DNA from: Leptolyngbyaceae cyanobacterium
Lineage (GTDB): Bacteria > Cyanobacteriota > Cyanobacteriia > Phormidesmidales > Phormidesmidaceae
Length of the DNA: 64,000 nt
NCBI GenBank assembly: GCA_050331235.1
Contig: JBHJHA010000041.1
Location: 24,767-88,766 of the forward strand
Direction: 5' to 3'
The position numbers and the translations under genes are program-made. Below are positions 20,225 to 30,450 of this stretch, piece by piece (position 1 is the first letter of the stretch; the number at the start of each line of letters is the position of its first letter). Below the pieces are notes generated by a model. That model was not told the DNA's origin and ran no database searches. It saw only the letters and a list, made by a program, of their open reading frames with translations.

Positions 20225-21661
20225 TTAGCCGACGGTGTTTTCCAGCTTCAGAGCCATCAGTTTGTCAGCTTCGGCTGCAAATTCCATGGGCAGCTCGTTG
20301 AATACCTCACGGCAAAAGCCGCTGATAATCATGGACACAGCATCTTCCTGAGCAATGCCTCGCTGGGCAAAGTAAAACAGTAGATCTTCGCCAATTTTGG
20401 AGGTCGAGGCTTCGTGCTCTACCTGTGCCGTACTGTTTTGCACCTGAATATAAGGATAGGTATTGGCATTCGACATCTCTCCAATCAGCATCGAATCACA
20501 CTGAGAGTAGTTGCGCGCGCCCTCAGCTTTGGGGCCGACTTTGACCAAACCGCGATAGCTATTTTTTGAGTTGCCGGCAGAAATCCCCTTAGAGACGATA
20601 GTGCTCCGAGTATTTTTGCCTACATGAACCATTTTGGTCCCAGTGTCAGCTTGCTGCTGATTGTTGGTCAGCGCCACGGAATAGAATTCACCCACGGCGT
20701 TGTCACCTAGCAAAACACAGCTGGGATATTTCCAAGTGATGGCTGACCCTGTTTCCACCTGCGTCCAAGAGATCTTGGCATTTTTGTGGCAGATACCGCG
20801 CTTGGTCACAAAGTTGTAAATACCACCCTTGCCATCCTTATCACCAGCAAACCAGTTCTGAACAGTGGAGTACTTAATTTCAGCATTATCAAGGGCCACC
20901 AACTCTACAACTGCGGCATGCAGCTGATTGCTGTCATACATAGGTGCCGTACAGCCCTCTAAATAGGTAACCGAGCTGCCTTCTTCCGCTACAATCAGTG
21001 TCCGCTCAAACTGGCCCGAGTCGCCATTATTGATCCGAAAATACGTCGACAAGTCCATCGGACATTTCGTATTTTTGGGAATGTATACGAAAGAGCCATC
21101 ACTAAATACGGCAGAGTTGAGCGCTGCAAAGTAGTTGTCGCCAACGGGCACTACGCTTCCCAGATACTTCTCCACGAGGTCTGGATATTCTTCGACGGCC
21201 TCAGAGATCGAGCAAAAAACAACGCCATCCTCTGCCAGCTTCTCCTTGTAGGTCGTGCCAATGGAGACGCTATCAAAAACAGCATCCACCGCCACATTGG
21301 CCAAGCGCTTTTGCTCTGACAGAGGCAGCCCCAACTTTTCAAAAGTCTCTAGCAGAGCAGGATCAGCCTCATCTAAGCTCTTAAGCTTCTTTTTGTCTTG
21401 CTTGGGCGCCGAGTAGTAGATGATGTCTTGATAGTTAATGGCTGGATAACCCACATTGGGCCAAGTGGGCTCAGTCATCGTTAGCCACTTGCGATAGGCC
21501 TTGAGGCGAAACTCCAGCATAAATTCTGGCTCTTCTTTCTTGGCCGAAATCAACCGAATGGTGTCTTCACTGAGGCCACGGGGAATGGTATCGGCCTCAA
21601 TCTCAGTGGTGAAGCCATATTTGTAGGGTTCGCTAACGAGTGACCGAACGGAGGTAGTCAT
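20225..21661 (-). CDS. sufB: Fe-S cluster assembly protein SufB
   Basis: [25 protein letters not shown] and EHEASTS. Confidence 0.97.
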   Translation of the reverse strand: MTTSVRSLVSEPYKYGFTTEIEADTIPRGLSEDTIRLISAKKEEPEFMLEFRLKAYRKWLTMTEPTWPNVGYPAINYQDIIYYSAPKQDKKKLKSLDEADPALLETFEKLGLPLSEQKRLANVAVDAVFDSVSIGTTYKEKLAEDGVVFCSISEAVEEYPDLVEKYLGSVVPVGDNYFAALNSAVFSDGSFVYIPKNTKCPMDLSTYFRINNGDSGQFERTLIVAEEGSSVTYLEGCTAPMYDSNQLHAAVVELVALDNAEIKYSTVQNWFAGDKDGKGGIYNFVTKRGICHKNAKISWTQVETGSAITWKYPSCVLLGDNAVGEFYSVALTNNQQQADTGTKMVHVGKNTRSTIVSKGISAGNSKNSYRGLVKVGPKAEGARNYSQCDSMLIGEMSNANTYPYIQVQNSTAQVEHEASTSKIGEDLLFYFAQRGIAQEDAVSMIISGFCREVFNELPMEFAAEADKLMALKLENTVG

Positions 21662-21752
21662 AGATGTAGAGGGGGAAGGTACCAGCAGAGGGAAACAGCG
21701 TTGCGATCACCAATTTCAGCTGCATCAGGCGATCGCGAAATAGTCGATGGGC

Positions 21753-22115
21753 TTAATATTTATCAGTTTCCGAGCGAATCTCAGAAAAGGAAATCTCTTG
21801 CTGATCACCAGCGAAGGGATTGTCTTCCTTAAGAAACAACATACAGTGGCACTCATGACGCTCCTGCATGGGCACACAGGGGCAGTTCCAATAAGAAGCC
21901 TTGGCTTCGGCTTCCTTATCTTCGTAATGGCGACAAGGACACAGGGGCGCACCCAAATCATCCTTATGCTTCGCCAATCCTTCCAAAACGACTGCAGTGA
22001 CGCCCAGATCGGCACAAAAATAGGTGCCTGTACGCTTAGCATAGCTCTGCGCAAAGTTGCGCATCAGCTCCAGGTTCTTCTCAGTAGCTTGATTAGTCGT
22101 TGGAGTATTTTGCAT
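21753..22115 (-). CDS. ftrC: Ferredoxin-thioredoxin reductase catalytic chain
   Basis: CPC...CPC...CHC cluster and disulfide motifs. Confidence 0.95.
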   Translation of the reverse strand: MQNTPTTNQATEKNLELMRNFAQSYAKRTGTYFCADLGVTAVVLEGLAKHKDDLGAPLCPCRHYEDKEAEAKASYWNCPCVPMQERHECHCMLFLKEDNPFAGDQQEISFSEIRSETDKY

Positions 22116-22160
22116 CGGACTTTCTAAATGGGTGGCGTCTTGACTGTTCAATCTTATAAT

Positions 22161-22260
22161 TAAAACAACCTACAAGTTGTGTAAGTTGCCCAACATATTT
22201 TCTAAGATACTTTAGCAACATTTGTGTTGTCAAAGTAAAACAACCAATATGTTGCTAAAG
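22161..22260. promoter_or_regulatory. SufR operators (three CAAC-N6-GTTG sites)
   Basis: Sites at 22166-22179, 22216-22229 and 22241-22254 between divergent ftrC-suf and sufR. Confidence 0.85.
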
Positions 22261-22417
22261 TGGCAGGCAAACTGCCATTCTGAGGATGATTCTGATCTCG
22301 ATATCCTGGAAACCAGTTGGCGATCGCATAGCTTGCTGTTCCCAAACCTGCGGAATCGAGCCTCTATCAGGAATCTATGCATCGCCTGTCTATCAGCGTT
22401 GAAACGGTTTTAGGCCC

Positions 22418-23077
22418 ATGACTTCTCTCCAGCCAGCCTCGACCAAAGACGATATCTTGCAATATCTGCTCAAAGAAGGAGAAGCCAGTGCCCAAGCCTT
22501 GGCCGAATCGTCGGGGGTCAGTGCCCAGGCCATTCGCCGGCATCTAAAAGACCTAATGACAGAAGCCTTGATTGAGCAGCGGGCGGTGCAATCTGGCATG
22601 GGGCGACCCAACTACCTTTACCAACTGAGTCGCAAGGGACGAGATCGCTTCCCTGCCCAGTACGACGAATTTGCGATTTCCCTACTTGACACTCTGGCAG
22701 AGACCGTTGGCAAAGACCAAGTGCGGACCATCCTACAAAAGCAATGGGAGCGTAAAGCCATCGAATATCGTGCCAAGTTGGGGAATGGTCCGATTGCGGA
22801 ACAAGTAGATCGGTTAGTCAGGCTGCGCAAGGCCGAGGGCTACATGGCCGAATGGCATGAAGTTGAGCCTAACAGTGAACGGTGCACGTCTAGTCCGTGT
22901 TACATCATCACTGAGTACAACTGCGCCATTTCTCATATTGCTGAAAATTTTCCCAGCGTCTGCGGACATGAGCTAGAAATGTTCCAAATGGCGCTGCCCG
23001 ACTGCTCCGTGCAGCGCACCCACTGGCTAGTGGAAGGTGAGCACCGCTGCGGCTACCTAGTTCAGGCGCAACTGTAA
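22418..23077 (+). CDS. sufR: Fe-S cluster biosynthesis regulator SufR
   Basis: N-terminal HTH (GMGRP); C-X12-C-X13-C-X14-C. Confidence 0.95.
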   Translation: MTSLQPASTKDDILQYLLKEGEASAQALAESSGVSAQAIRRHLKDLMTEALIEQRAVQSGMGRPNYLYQLSRKGRDRFPAQYDEFAISLLDTLAETVGKDQVRTILQKQWERKAIEYRAKLGNGPIAEQVDRLVRLRKAEGYMAEWHEVEPNSERCTSSPCYIITEYNCAISHIAENFPSVCGHELEMFQMALPDCSVQRTHWLVEGEHRCGYLVQAQL

Positions 23078-23117
23078 GAACCGTCAGATATGTGGCAAAA
23101 GTCACTAGCGCACAGAA

Positions 23118-23144
23118 CGTCGAAGGAACTGACTTCCTTCGACG
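23118..23144. terminator. Hairpin between convergent sufR and RTX genes
   Basis: Perfect 11-bp stem CGTCGAAGGAA-CTGAC-TTCCTTCGACG. Confidence 0.65.
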
Positions 23145-23245
23145 CCTGTTAGAGCGAATTGAAAGCCAAGCTGTAAAAGCTATGTGGCAATCAGCCTGAC
23201 ATTCCTTATCGTCGCGAATACAGACTCACCGCCCCTCGGCAACTC

Positions 23246-24541
23246 CTACAAAATAAAGTCGTGGGCAGCCAAGGGCGTAAAGTTCTCTGTATGGACATTG
23301 ATGATCATATCGGGGTTGGTATCGGCGGACGCTCCCCCTAAGTTGACCATCACCACCGATTGAGTCTGAAAGACTCCAGAAGAACCCACCTGAACGACTC
23401 GAACCTCTCCCAGAGAGTCTCCGGAGAACTCATCATTACCAATGAACCGGAAGGCTTGATCGCCAGGGGTATTGGGATCCGAATCAATAGCAGACAGATC
23501 AATCTTGTCGCCATCATCAGTAGCTTGGCGCGACTGAAACGCATCAGCCTGCACGGTCTGATCGTAAATGGGATCTACAGTGACCCATACATTTCCTGTG
23601 GGGTGGGTTCGGATGGTTGTCGTTACCATCCCAATTTGGTCTTGGTTACCAGCTCCGGGCCGACTTTGGTTGACGCTGGTGTAAACGTAGCGATCGTTGC
23701 CCTCATAGCCAAATAGAAAATCTTGTCCTGCACCACCGACCAGGGTGTCGTTCCCTGCATGACCAATGAGCAAGTCCTCATTTAGTCCGCCTTCAAGGGA
23801 GTCATTCCCCGTGCCACCAAGCAGGATATCCTGGCCCTCAAAGCCTTTCAGAACATCATTACCGTCATCGACATTCGCATCGTGGTAGGTATTGGCGAAA
23901 CCACTCAGCGTGTTGCTCTGTTCGTTGCCGTAAATCACGTTACCCAGCAAGTTGCCCTGACCTACATAACCTGCAGCATCTTTGAGGTGTAATATCTCAA
24001 TGTTTTCAAAACCAGCTGTCCCCAGGCTGAAATTACCCCAGTAGGCATGTACCGTGTCAAAGCCTTGCCCTACTCCCTCGTTGACGGTATCAACCGCTCT
24101 CACATCAATGATGTAAGTGTCATTACCAGATCCACCACTCAGGATGTCGATTCCATTACCACCATCGAGCCAGTCGTTGTTGGCACCACCGTTAAGAATG
24201 TCGACACCAGCGCCGCCCTTCAGCGTATCGTTGCCATTATCACCAAAGAGACTATCGCCAGCGCCGCCGCCTTGGAGCAAATCATTATCGTCCCCTCCCT
24301 GCAAGAGGTCGCTATGGTTACCGCCGTTCAGCGTGTCGTTGCCATCACCGCCGCGTAGGGTGTCTTCGCCGTTACCGCCGTACAGGGTGTCGTTGTCGAT
24401 GCTGCCATTGAGCGCGTCATCACCAGCCAGACCAAAGATTGTATCGTTGCCAGCGAAACCGTCTATGGTGTCGCCGAGACCAGTCCCAAAAATGGTTTGG
24501 TTGGCAATGTTTCCGGGGGCTTTAACAGGGCTGAAGCTCAT
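23246..24541 (-). CDS. RTX (GGxGxD) calcium-binding secreted protein with serralysin-like C-terminal domain
   Basis: Many nonapeptide repeats; DKIDLSAIDS..PGDQAFRFIG; C-terminal DFIL; ATG 24541 follows an AAGGA RBS. Confidence 0.88.
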   Translation of the reverse strand: MSFSPVKAPGNIANQTIFGTGLGDTIDGFAGNDTIFGLAGDDALNGSIDNDTLYGGNGEDTLRGGDGNDTLNGGNHSDLLQGGDDNDLLQGGGAGDSLFGDNGNDTLKGGAGVDILNGGANNDWLDGGNGIDILSGGSGNDTYIIDVRAVDTVNEGVGQGFDTVHAYWGNFSLGTAGFENIEILHLKDAAGYVGQGNLLGNVIYGNEQSNTLSGFANTYHDANVDDGNDVLKGFEGQDILLGGTGNDSLEGGLNEDLLIGHAGNDTLVGGAGQDFLFGYEGNDRYVYTSVNQSRPGAGNQDQIGMVTTTIRTHPTGNVWVTVDPIYDQTVQADAFQSRQATDDGDKIDLSAIDSDPNTPGDQAFRFIGNDEFSGDSLGEVRVVQVGSSGVFQTQSVVMVNLGGASADTNPDMIINVHTENFTPLAAHDFIL

Positions 24542-24847
24542 GGTTGATTCCTTGTGAATATCTTCAATCGGCAGCGATCGCGTGCTGCTAAAGTTGAACA
24601 CAGGACAAAATTCGAGCGCTACAGAATATTCTCTGGCAGTAAATTGCATAGTTGAGTTTGGAAAATTGCAGACTTTGAGAATCGGTGCGGAATCATGTTG
24701 TTTTCTGCCAAGGTGCCGAGGGATGTTTGTTGTAAGCGGCGAATCTTGGGGATAGATTGCCGCGATCGCCCTACTCGACACCTCGCTAGTTTGGGGATCT
24801 TGCGCAAAGATTAAAGGGTCATTCCCGCGTCATGCTCCAGGTTTCCT

Positions 24848-25768
24848 TTGCCTCAGTTACCAGTCATTTATCACCCTGACTACGTAGCACCGCTACCTGC
24901 AAATCATCGGTTCCCGATGCCAAAGTTTGGTCTGCTGAAAAATTTGTTAGTACAGGATGCCGTGGTTGCCGTTGAGCGAATTTATCAACCGGGCGCACCG
25001 CCACAGCATTGGATTGAGCAGGTTCACACAACTGACTATGTGCGGGCTTACTGCACCGGCACCTTAGACGCTAAAGCTCAGCGCCGCATTGGCTTGCCCT
25101 GGAGTCCGAATTTGGTGAAACGTACTTGTACGGCAGTAGGGGGTACCATTCTCACGGCGAAGCTGGCACTGAGTCATGGCCTGGCTTGCAACACGGCAGG
25201 CGGTACTCACCATGCATTTCCCAGCTACGGATCAGGATTTTGCATCTTCAACGATTTGGCGATCGCGGCCCGCACCCTTCTGACCCAAAACTGCGTACGA
25301 CGGATTCTGATTTTTGACCTAGACGTGCATCAAGGGGACGGCACTGCGTGGATTTTTCGCGATGAGCCGCGCGTCTTTACCTTTTCGATGCACTGCGACG
25401 TCAACTTTCCTCGCCAAAAGCAATCGAGCGATCTAGATGTACCGCTGGCCGAAGGTATGGGCGACGCCGACTATCTCTCTAAAGTGCACACTTATTTGCC
25501 GATGATGCTCAGTCAGGTGCGACCAGATCTGGTGCTCTACGACGCCGGGGCCGATGTGCACAAAGGCGATCGCCTCGGGAAGCTCGCCCTGACCAATACC
25601 GGATTGTATGAACGCGATCGTCACGTGCTGGCGACCTGTGTGGCGGCGGGCTATCCGGTGGCCTGCGTCATCGGCGGTGGCTACGACAAAAACATGCCAG
25701 ACCTAGTCTATCGGCATTCACTGCTGCATCGTGCTGCCGCCGAGGTCTATCGGCAATATCGTTTGTAG
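24848..25768 (+). CDS. Histone deacetylase family protein
   Basis: HRFPMPKF, GGTHHA, GFCIFND, DLDVHQGDGT and GGGY. Confidence 0.93.
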   Translation: MPQLPVIYHPDYVAPLPANHRFPMPKFGLLKNLLVQDAVVAVERIYQPGAPPQHWIEQVHTTDYVRAYCTGTLDAKAQRRIGLPWSPNLVKRTCTAVGGTILTAKLALSHGLACNTAGGTHHAFPSYGSGFCIFNDLAIAARTLLTQNCVRRILIFDLDVHQGDGTAWIFRDEPRVFTFSMHCDVNFPRQKQSSDLDVPLAEGMGDADYLSKVHTYLPMMLSQVRPDLVLYDAGADVHKGDRLGKLALTNTGLYERDRHVLATCVAAGYPVACVIGGGYDKNMPDLVYRHSLLHRAAAEVYRQYRL

Positions 25769-25817
25769 AATAGAGAGTACTAAATTTAGCCGATTGTGTG
25801 CCCGCCCAACCCTTGCC

Positions 25818-26708
25818 ATGACTGTCGTTGTCGACACCTTTTATAAGTTTGTGTCCCTTGAAGATTGCGAGAAGTTGCAGCGATCGCTCCAAACCCGCTG
25901 CGAAGACTTGGCCATCCAGGGCACGATTTTGCTAGCGTCGGAGGGCATCAACGCCACCGTTTCGGGTGCGGAAGCAGCTATTACCCAACTACTGGATGAG
26001 CTGCGATCGGACGCGCGCTTTGCCGACCTCACTGCCAAGTTTTCCACGGCGCAGGAGCATCCCTTTGGCCGCATGAAGGTGAAAAACAAACGGGAAATCG
26101 TCACTCTGGGGCAGCCCGACGCTGACCCCACTGTACAAGTCGGGACCTACGTTTCTCCCGCTGAGTGGAATCGTGTCATCAGTGATCCCGACGTGGTGCT
26201 GGTGGATGCCCGCAACGATTACGAGGTGGGTATCGGCACCTTCAAGGGCGCGATGAATCCCCACACCGAGTCCTTTCGGGAATTGCCCGACTATCTCATC
26301 ACCCAACTCGATCCCCAAAAACATCCTAAAGTCGCCATGTTCTGCACGGGCGGCATTCGCTGCGAAAAAGCGACGTCTTATTTACTCAAGCATGGCTTTC
26401 AGGAGGTCTATCACCTGCAGGGCGGCATTCTCAAATATTTAGAAGAGGTGCCGGAGACCGAGAGCCTGTGGGAAGGGGAATGCTTCGTTTTTGATGAGCG
26501 AGTGGCCGTGCGCCACGGGTTGCAACCCGGCAGCCATGAGCTGTGCTATGCCTGCGGTAATCCTGTGAGTGAGCGCGATCGCGCCCATCCTCACTATGCA
26601 CCGGGCATCTCCTGTCCCCATTGCTATGGGACACTAACTCCGACAAAGCTCGCAAAACAAAAAATGCGGCTGCAACAGCACCATCAAAAGCGGGAAGCGT
26701 CTCAATAG
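25818..26708 (+). CDS. trhO: Rhodanese-domain tRNA U34 hydroxylase (TrhO/YceA)
   Basis: EGINAT, DARNDYE, MFCTGGIRCEKA and CFVFDERV. Confidence 0.9.
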   Translation: MTVVVDTFYKFVSLEDCEKLQRSLQTRCEDLAIQGTILLASEGINATVSGAEAAITQLLDELRSDARFADLTAKFSTAQEHPFGRMKVKNKREIVTLGQPDADPTVQVGTYVSPAEWNRVISDPDVVLVDARNDYEVGIGTFKGAMNPHTESFRELPDYLITQLDPQKHPKVAMFCTGGIRCEKATSYLLKHGFQEVYHLQGGILKYLEEVPETESLWEGECFVFDERVAVRHGLQPGSHELCYACGNPVSERDRAHPHYAPGISCPHCYGTLTPTKLAKQKMRLQQHHQKREASQ

Positions 26709-27046
26709 TCAGAGTGATTCTTCATATCGAGTTATTCATTTTTCAGTCTGCTTCAATCAAGAGACGGCATCCCGTAATGGGTATTTGAAGCCCCAGCGGC
26801 AGTATGGCTCCTCGGTATAACCAGTGGCAGGAAGATGCAGGGTGCAAAATACAAGGAAGATCTCACCACAGGCGAGCTAGCGATGGAAAACGCCCAAGCC
26901 TGACTACAGCTTGCCATCGCTCATCAGTTAGCGCTTTGCGAAGATCTGGTAAACGGGCCTAAGGCATCACTATAACTTTCCTGATTTCATCGATTATGGT
27001 GGGTTTAATTCTTTGGTAACTCGGCTGCTTTTACATCGCAGATGTC

Positions 27047-28123
27047 ATGTTTAACCGTCTTAAAATTGCTCCCAAATTCACCCTCATCCTGCTGCTGATT
27101 TTTCTCATTGGCAGTTCCGCAGGTGGCTTTGTACTGTCTCAAGCCCTGCAATATCAGGTTGAAAATAAAGTCCTGGCTGAAGGGGTCATGCTAATGGAGT
27201 CCATGCAGGCTATTCGCCGGTATACCGATCAAGAGGTGCGTCCACTGTTAGAGCGCTACGAAACGGTTGGGGAGTTTTGGCCAGAAGTCGTTCCAGCCTA
27301 CTCAGCCCGCCGAGTCTTTGAGCTATGGGAAGAGACCCATCAAGCAACCGAAGATTTTGACTATCAGTACAAAGAAGCGGTCATCAATCCAACGAACCCT
27401 AATGATCTGGCAGATGAGTTTGAAATGGCCTTGGTGGAGGCATTTCGGGCTGATTCAGAGACGGCCAATCAGTCCGGCTACCGGCAAAGCGCAGACAGGG
27501 GACTCATGTTTTACAGTGCTCTACCGATTAGCATCCGCGATCCTTCATGTTTAGAATGTCACAGCGATCCGGCCATAGCTCCCCCCGCCATGGTGCAACA
27601 GTATGGGCCCCAGAATGGGTTTAATTGGCGACTGAATGAAGTATTGGGTACCCAGGTTGTTTATATTCCAGCGGAAGAGGTCTTCAACGGGGCTCGTCAA
27701 GCTTTTTCTTGGGTGATGGGGCTGTTTATCCTGATGTTTGCGATCGCCCTATTTTGCTTGAATGCGCTGCTCAAACCGTTGGTTGTGCGCCCCGTTCAAG
27801 GATTGGCCAAACTATCAGAAAAACTCGCCGCAGATGATATTCAAACTGCGGACGATATGGACCCAGCCGAATCGCGGAAGTTGGCCCAAGTTGTCAAACG
27901 CCAGGATGAACTTGGTCAGCTAGGCCAAGTATTTCAAAAAATGGTAAATGAGGTCATTGCTCGCCAGCAGCGCTTAAAGCAGCAAATTCGCGACTTAAAA
28001 ATTGAAATTGACCAAAGCCGCAAAGCAAAAGAAGTGAAAGAGATTGTCGAAACTGATTACTTCCAAGATTTGCAATCAAAAGCGCAGAAATTTCGCCGGC
28101 AGAAAAATGATGATGATCAATAA
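27047..28123 (+). CDS. Membrane sensor: periplasmic c-type heme domain (DUF3365/Tll0287-like), HAMP and coiled-coil tail
   Basis: 2 TM; CLECH heme motif; YGPQNGFNW; RQDELGQL HAMP. Confidence 0.85.
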   Translation: MFNRLKIAPKFTLILLLIFLIGSSAGGFVLSQALQYQVENKVLAEGVMLMESMQAIRRYTDQEVRPLLERYETVGEFWPEVVPAYSARRVFELWEETHQATEDFDYQYKEAVINPTNPNDLADEFEMALVEAFRADSETANQSGYRQSADRGLMFYSALPISIRDPSCLECHSDPAIAPPAMVQQYGPQNGFNWRLNEVLGTQVVYIPAEEVFNGARQAFSWVMGLFILMFAIALFCLNALLKPLVVRPVQGLAKLSEKLAADDIQTADDMDPAESRKLAQVVKRQDELGQLGQVFQKMVNEVIARQQRLKQQIRDLKIEIDQSRKAKEVKEIVETDYFQDLQSKAQKFRRQKNDDDQ

Positions 28124-28139
28124 CCTGCCCCTGACTACG

Positions 28140-28449
28140 AGGGCTCATCCACGGCGATTAGTCAAGTGCGATCGCGGAAGCCACCTCGAATCGCTCTATG
28201 GTCAGCTTGCATACGCCGAATATGCGCCTAGTCCAGCTCAAAATATGTCGCGATCGCATCCCATCACCTCACACAAGTCGGCCATTTCAGCCACCATATC
28301 GGCGCAGCAGCAATCACACCCTGGGCATCTTCCAGCAGCTTAGCGCGCAGGGCAGAGTCATAGCCACCAGCACTCAACGTTCGAATAGTGCAAGTTTTGC
28401 CGGCCTGCCGAATGATATCGGGAATGCGGTCTCGCACCAGTTTACCCAT
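28140..28449 (-). pseudogene. Decayed MazG-like nucleotide pyrophosphohydrolase
   Basis: MGKLVRDRIPDII...LRAKLLEDA, then AEMADLCEVM and DAIA..*..RGGFRDRT* in shifted frames; left boundary approximate. Confidence 0.8.
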
Positions 28450-28526
28450 GTTGCCAGCCATGGATTAAAGGGACCAATTTGCCTTTGATCTGTTGGACGG
28501 ATAGAACAGCGATCGTTCCGCGCGCG

Positions 28527-29120
28527 TTAAGACGTCTCTACCAGCTCAATATTGACCTCGTTGATGGGGCGGCGCTTCAGCTCAACGGATTCGGTGCGCG
28601 GCAAGAGATCAAAGACCTCTCGCATCACATCGTCGATCGCCTCATAACTAATCGTCCCAGTTTCGTTCAGCCGGACATCGCCAGCCTGGTCGAACACGAC
28701 CGTTTGCGGCACTGCCCCCCCAAAGTAGTAGCCCGGTTCAGTGGGCTCAAAGCTTTCTTTCAGCGGAATGGCATCAGCCATGACGGGAATAAAGTTAGCC
28801 GCCCGGCCATAGGGAGCCTGCAGCCGAGACACGACAGAGGCAAATCGCTTGCAGTCAGTACTGTCGTCGACATAGAAAACCAACAACGCCGGTTTACTCT
28901 GCTGGAGCGACTCAGTCAGCGAAACTTTGGGTGGCACTAACGAGCCATTGCCGGCATAAAGGGCAAAAATATTGCCGTCATAGCGATCGTCTTCTAAACC
29001 TGCCCAAGCGCTGGTTGCACTCAAGAGCCAGCAACTGACAACTGCTAGGGTCATGACTAGGAACTGGCGCCAGTGCGAAAGGGGCTTTGTCATCGTGTTG
29101 ATTAATTGTTGAATTTTCAC
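28527..29120 (-). CDS. Thioredoxin-fold thylakoid protein (Slr1796-like, PSI accumulation factor family)
   Basis: DDRYDGNIFALYAGNGSLVPP, FYVDDSTDCK and VPQTVV; start uncertain. Confidence 0.75.
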   Translation of the reverse strand: MKIQQLINTMTKPLSHWRQFLVMTLAVVSCWLLSATSAWAGLEDDRYDGNIFALYAGNGSLVPPKVSLTESLQQSKPALLVFYVDDSTDCKRFASVVSRLQAPYGRAANFIPVMADAIPLKESFEPTEPGYYFGGAVPQTVVFDQAGDVRLNETGTISYEAIDDVMREVFDLLPRTESVELKRRPINEVNIELVETS

Positions 29121-29159
29121 TTTTTCTATTGAGCCATACTGTGGCTCTTCTCTGGCAAA

Positions 29160-29798
29160 TTAGGATTCGATTTCCCGGAATGTTTCAGCAATCCCCCGCA
29201 GCTCAGAGCGATACTCCGCATATTGTTCAGGGGTGGTCCAGGCCACAATTTGGTAGTAACGATCTTCTGAAACTACCGTCGTATGGAGATACACGACGGG
29301 AGTATTCTCATCAACTCGACCGCGGACTTCATACTGGGTAGCAAAATCACCATCAATAAATGCCACCTCTGTTGCACTTTCGCTTTCATAGGCCGTCATT
29401 CGTTGTCGCAGCATCTCTCGATAGTTGGCCGCATTTTCTTTGAGCCCCAAACGCATCAACTTATCAGCGTCTTCGGCCACTACGATGAGATAAAGCTGCT
29501 TGTCGGGGTCGGAGGCCTGCAGTTCAGCAGAGTTGTGGAGCTGGGAGTCAGCGGACCAGCTACCAGGAAGCGTGATAGCAATACCCGCAGTTTCGTTTTG
29601 CAAAACTTGCCCCTCATCAAAGGTGTCGAGTGTTTGATTGCCAACAACAGTCTCCGACTCAGCGCTAGTGTCACTCGGCTGCGACTGGGATATCTCTGGA
29701 TTACCTTGCAAGTTTCTTAAAATCCGCTCACAGCTAACCGCCAACAGGACGATGACCACCAGCGGCAGCAGGATTTGAAAAGTCCAAGGGCGGTTCAT
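29160..29798 (-). CDS. Lipoprotein, probable PsbP/DcrB-like fold
   Basis: Lipobox LAVSC; IAITLPGSW; YYQIVAWT...IAETFR. Confidence 0.65.
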   Translation of the reverse strand: MNRPWTFQILLPLVVIVLLAVSCERILRNLQGNPEISQSQPSDTSAESETVVGNQTLDTFDEGQVLQNETAGIAITLPGSWSADSQLHNSAELQASDPDKQLYLIVVAEDADKLMRLGLKENAANYREMLRQRMTAYESESATEVAFIDGDFATQYEVRGRVDENTPVVYLHTTVVSEDRYYQIVAWTTPEQYAEYRSELRGIAETFREIES

Positions 29799-29851
29799 AA
29801 GGAGGCGATCGCAACTAGCATCCAAAGCATAGCACCGCTGCCAAGGGGTAA

Positions 29852-30433
29852 TCAGAGGCTGGTCAGGCGATTCAGCTCGGCATGACGAAAGCAATCAGTC
29901 GTGTGATCGTTTACCATGCCCACCGCTTGCATAAAGGCATAGCAAATCACTGATCCCATGAACGTAAAGCCTCGTTGCTTGAGATCTTGGCTAATAGCAT
30001 CGGATAACTCCGTACGGGCTGGCACCGCGGCTAAGGTAGGCCAACTATTCTGGATGGGGATGCCCTCAACCCAGTGCCACAGATAAGCATCGAAGCTACC
30101 AAACTCCCGCTGAATCGCCAAGAATACTCGGGCATTGCGGGTTGTTGCCTCGATCTTGCGGCGGTTACGCACAATGCCGGTATCAGTCATGAGTGCTTCC
30201 TGTTTAACCGAGCTGTAGCTAGCGACGATCTCAGGATCAAACCCATCGAATGCAGTACGAAAATTTTCGCGTTTTCGCAAAATTGTGATCCAACTTAGGC
30301 CCGCTTGAAAACCCTCTAGGATCAGAAACTCAAACAGCCGGCGATCGTCATGAAGCGGCACCCCCCATTCACTATCATGATAGGCCTGCTCGACCGGATC
30401 GTCGTGAACCCAACTACAGCGACATGGAAGCAA
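29852..30433 (-). CDS. tag: DNA-3-methyladenine glycosylase I
   Basis: YHDSEWG, LEGFQAGLSW and GMVNDHTTDC. Confidence 0.95.
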   Translation of the reverse strand: MLPCRCSWVHDDPVEQAYHDSEWGVPLHDDRRLFEFLILEGFQAGLSWITILRKRENFRTAFDGFDPEIVASYSSVKQEALMTDTGIVRNRRKIEATTRNARVFLAIQREFGSFDAYLWHWVEGIPIQNSWPTLAAVPARTELSDAISQDLKQRGFTFMGSVICYAFMQAVGMVNDHTTDCFRHAELNRLTSL

Positions 30434-30450
30434 TGTAGATATCCCGCCGC

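Noticed and set aside
24047..24557. Repetitive Ser/Pro-rich + strand ORFs
   Set aside because: Mirror of the RTX nonapeptide codons
24542..24781. 80-aa N-terminal extension of the RTX ORF
   Set aside because: ATG 24541 has a good RBS; the extension occupies the divergent promoter
26709..27046. Possible gene remnant or sRNA after trhO
   Set aside because: No recognisable protein or RNA motif; only a weak hairpin
28479..28940. 153-aa + strand ORF
   Set aside because: Antisense to the conserved thylakoid thioredoxin-fold gene
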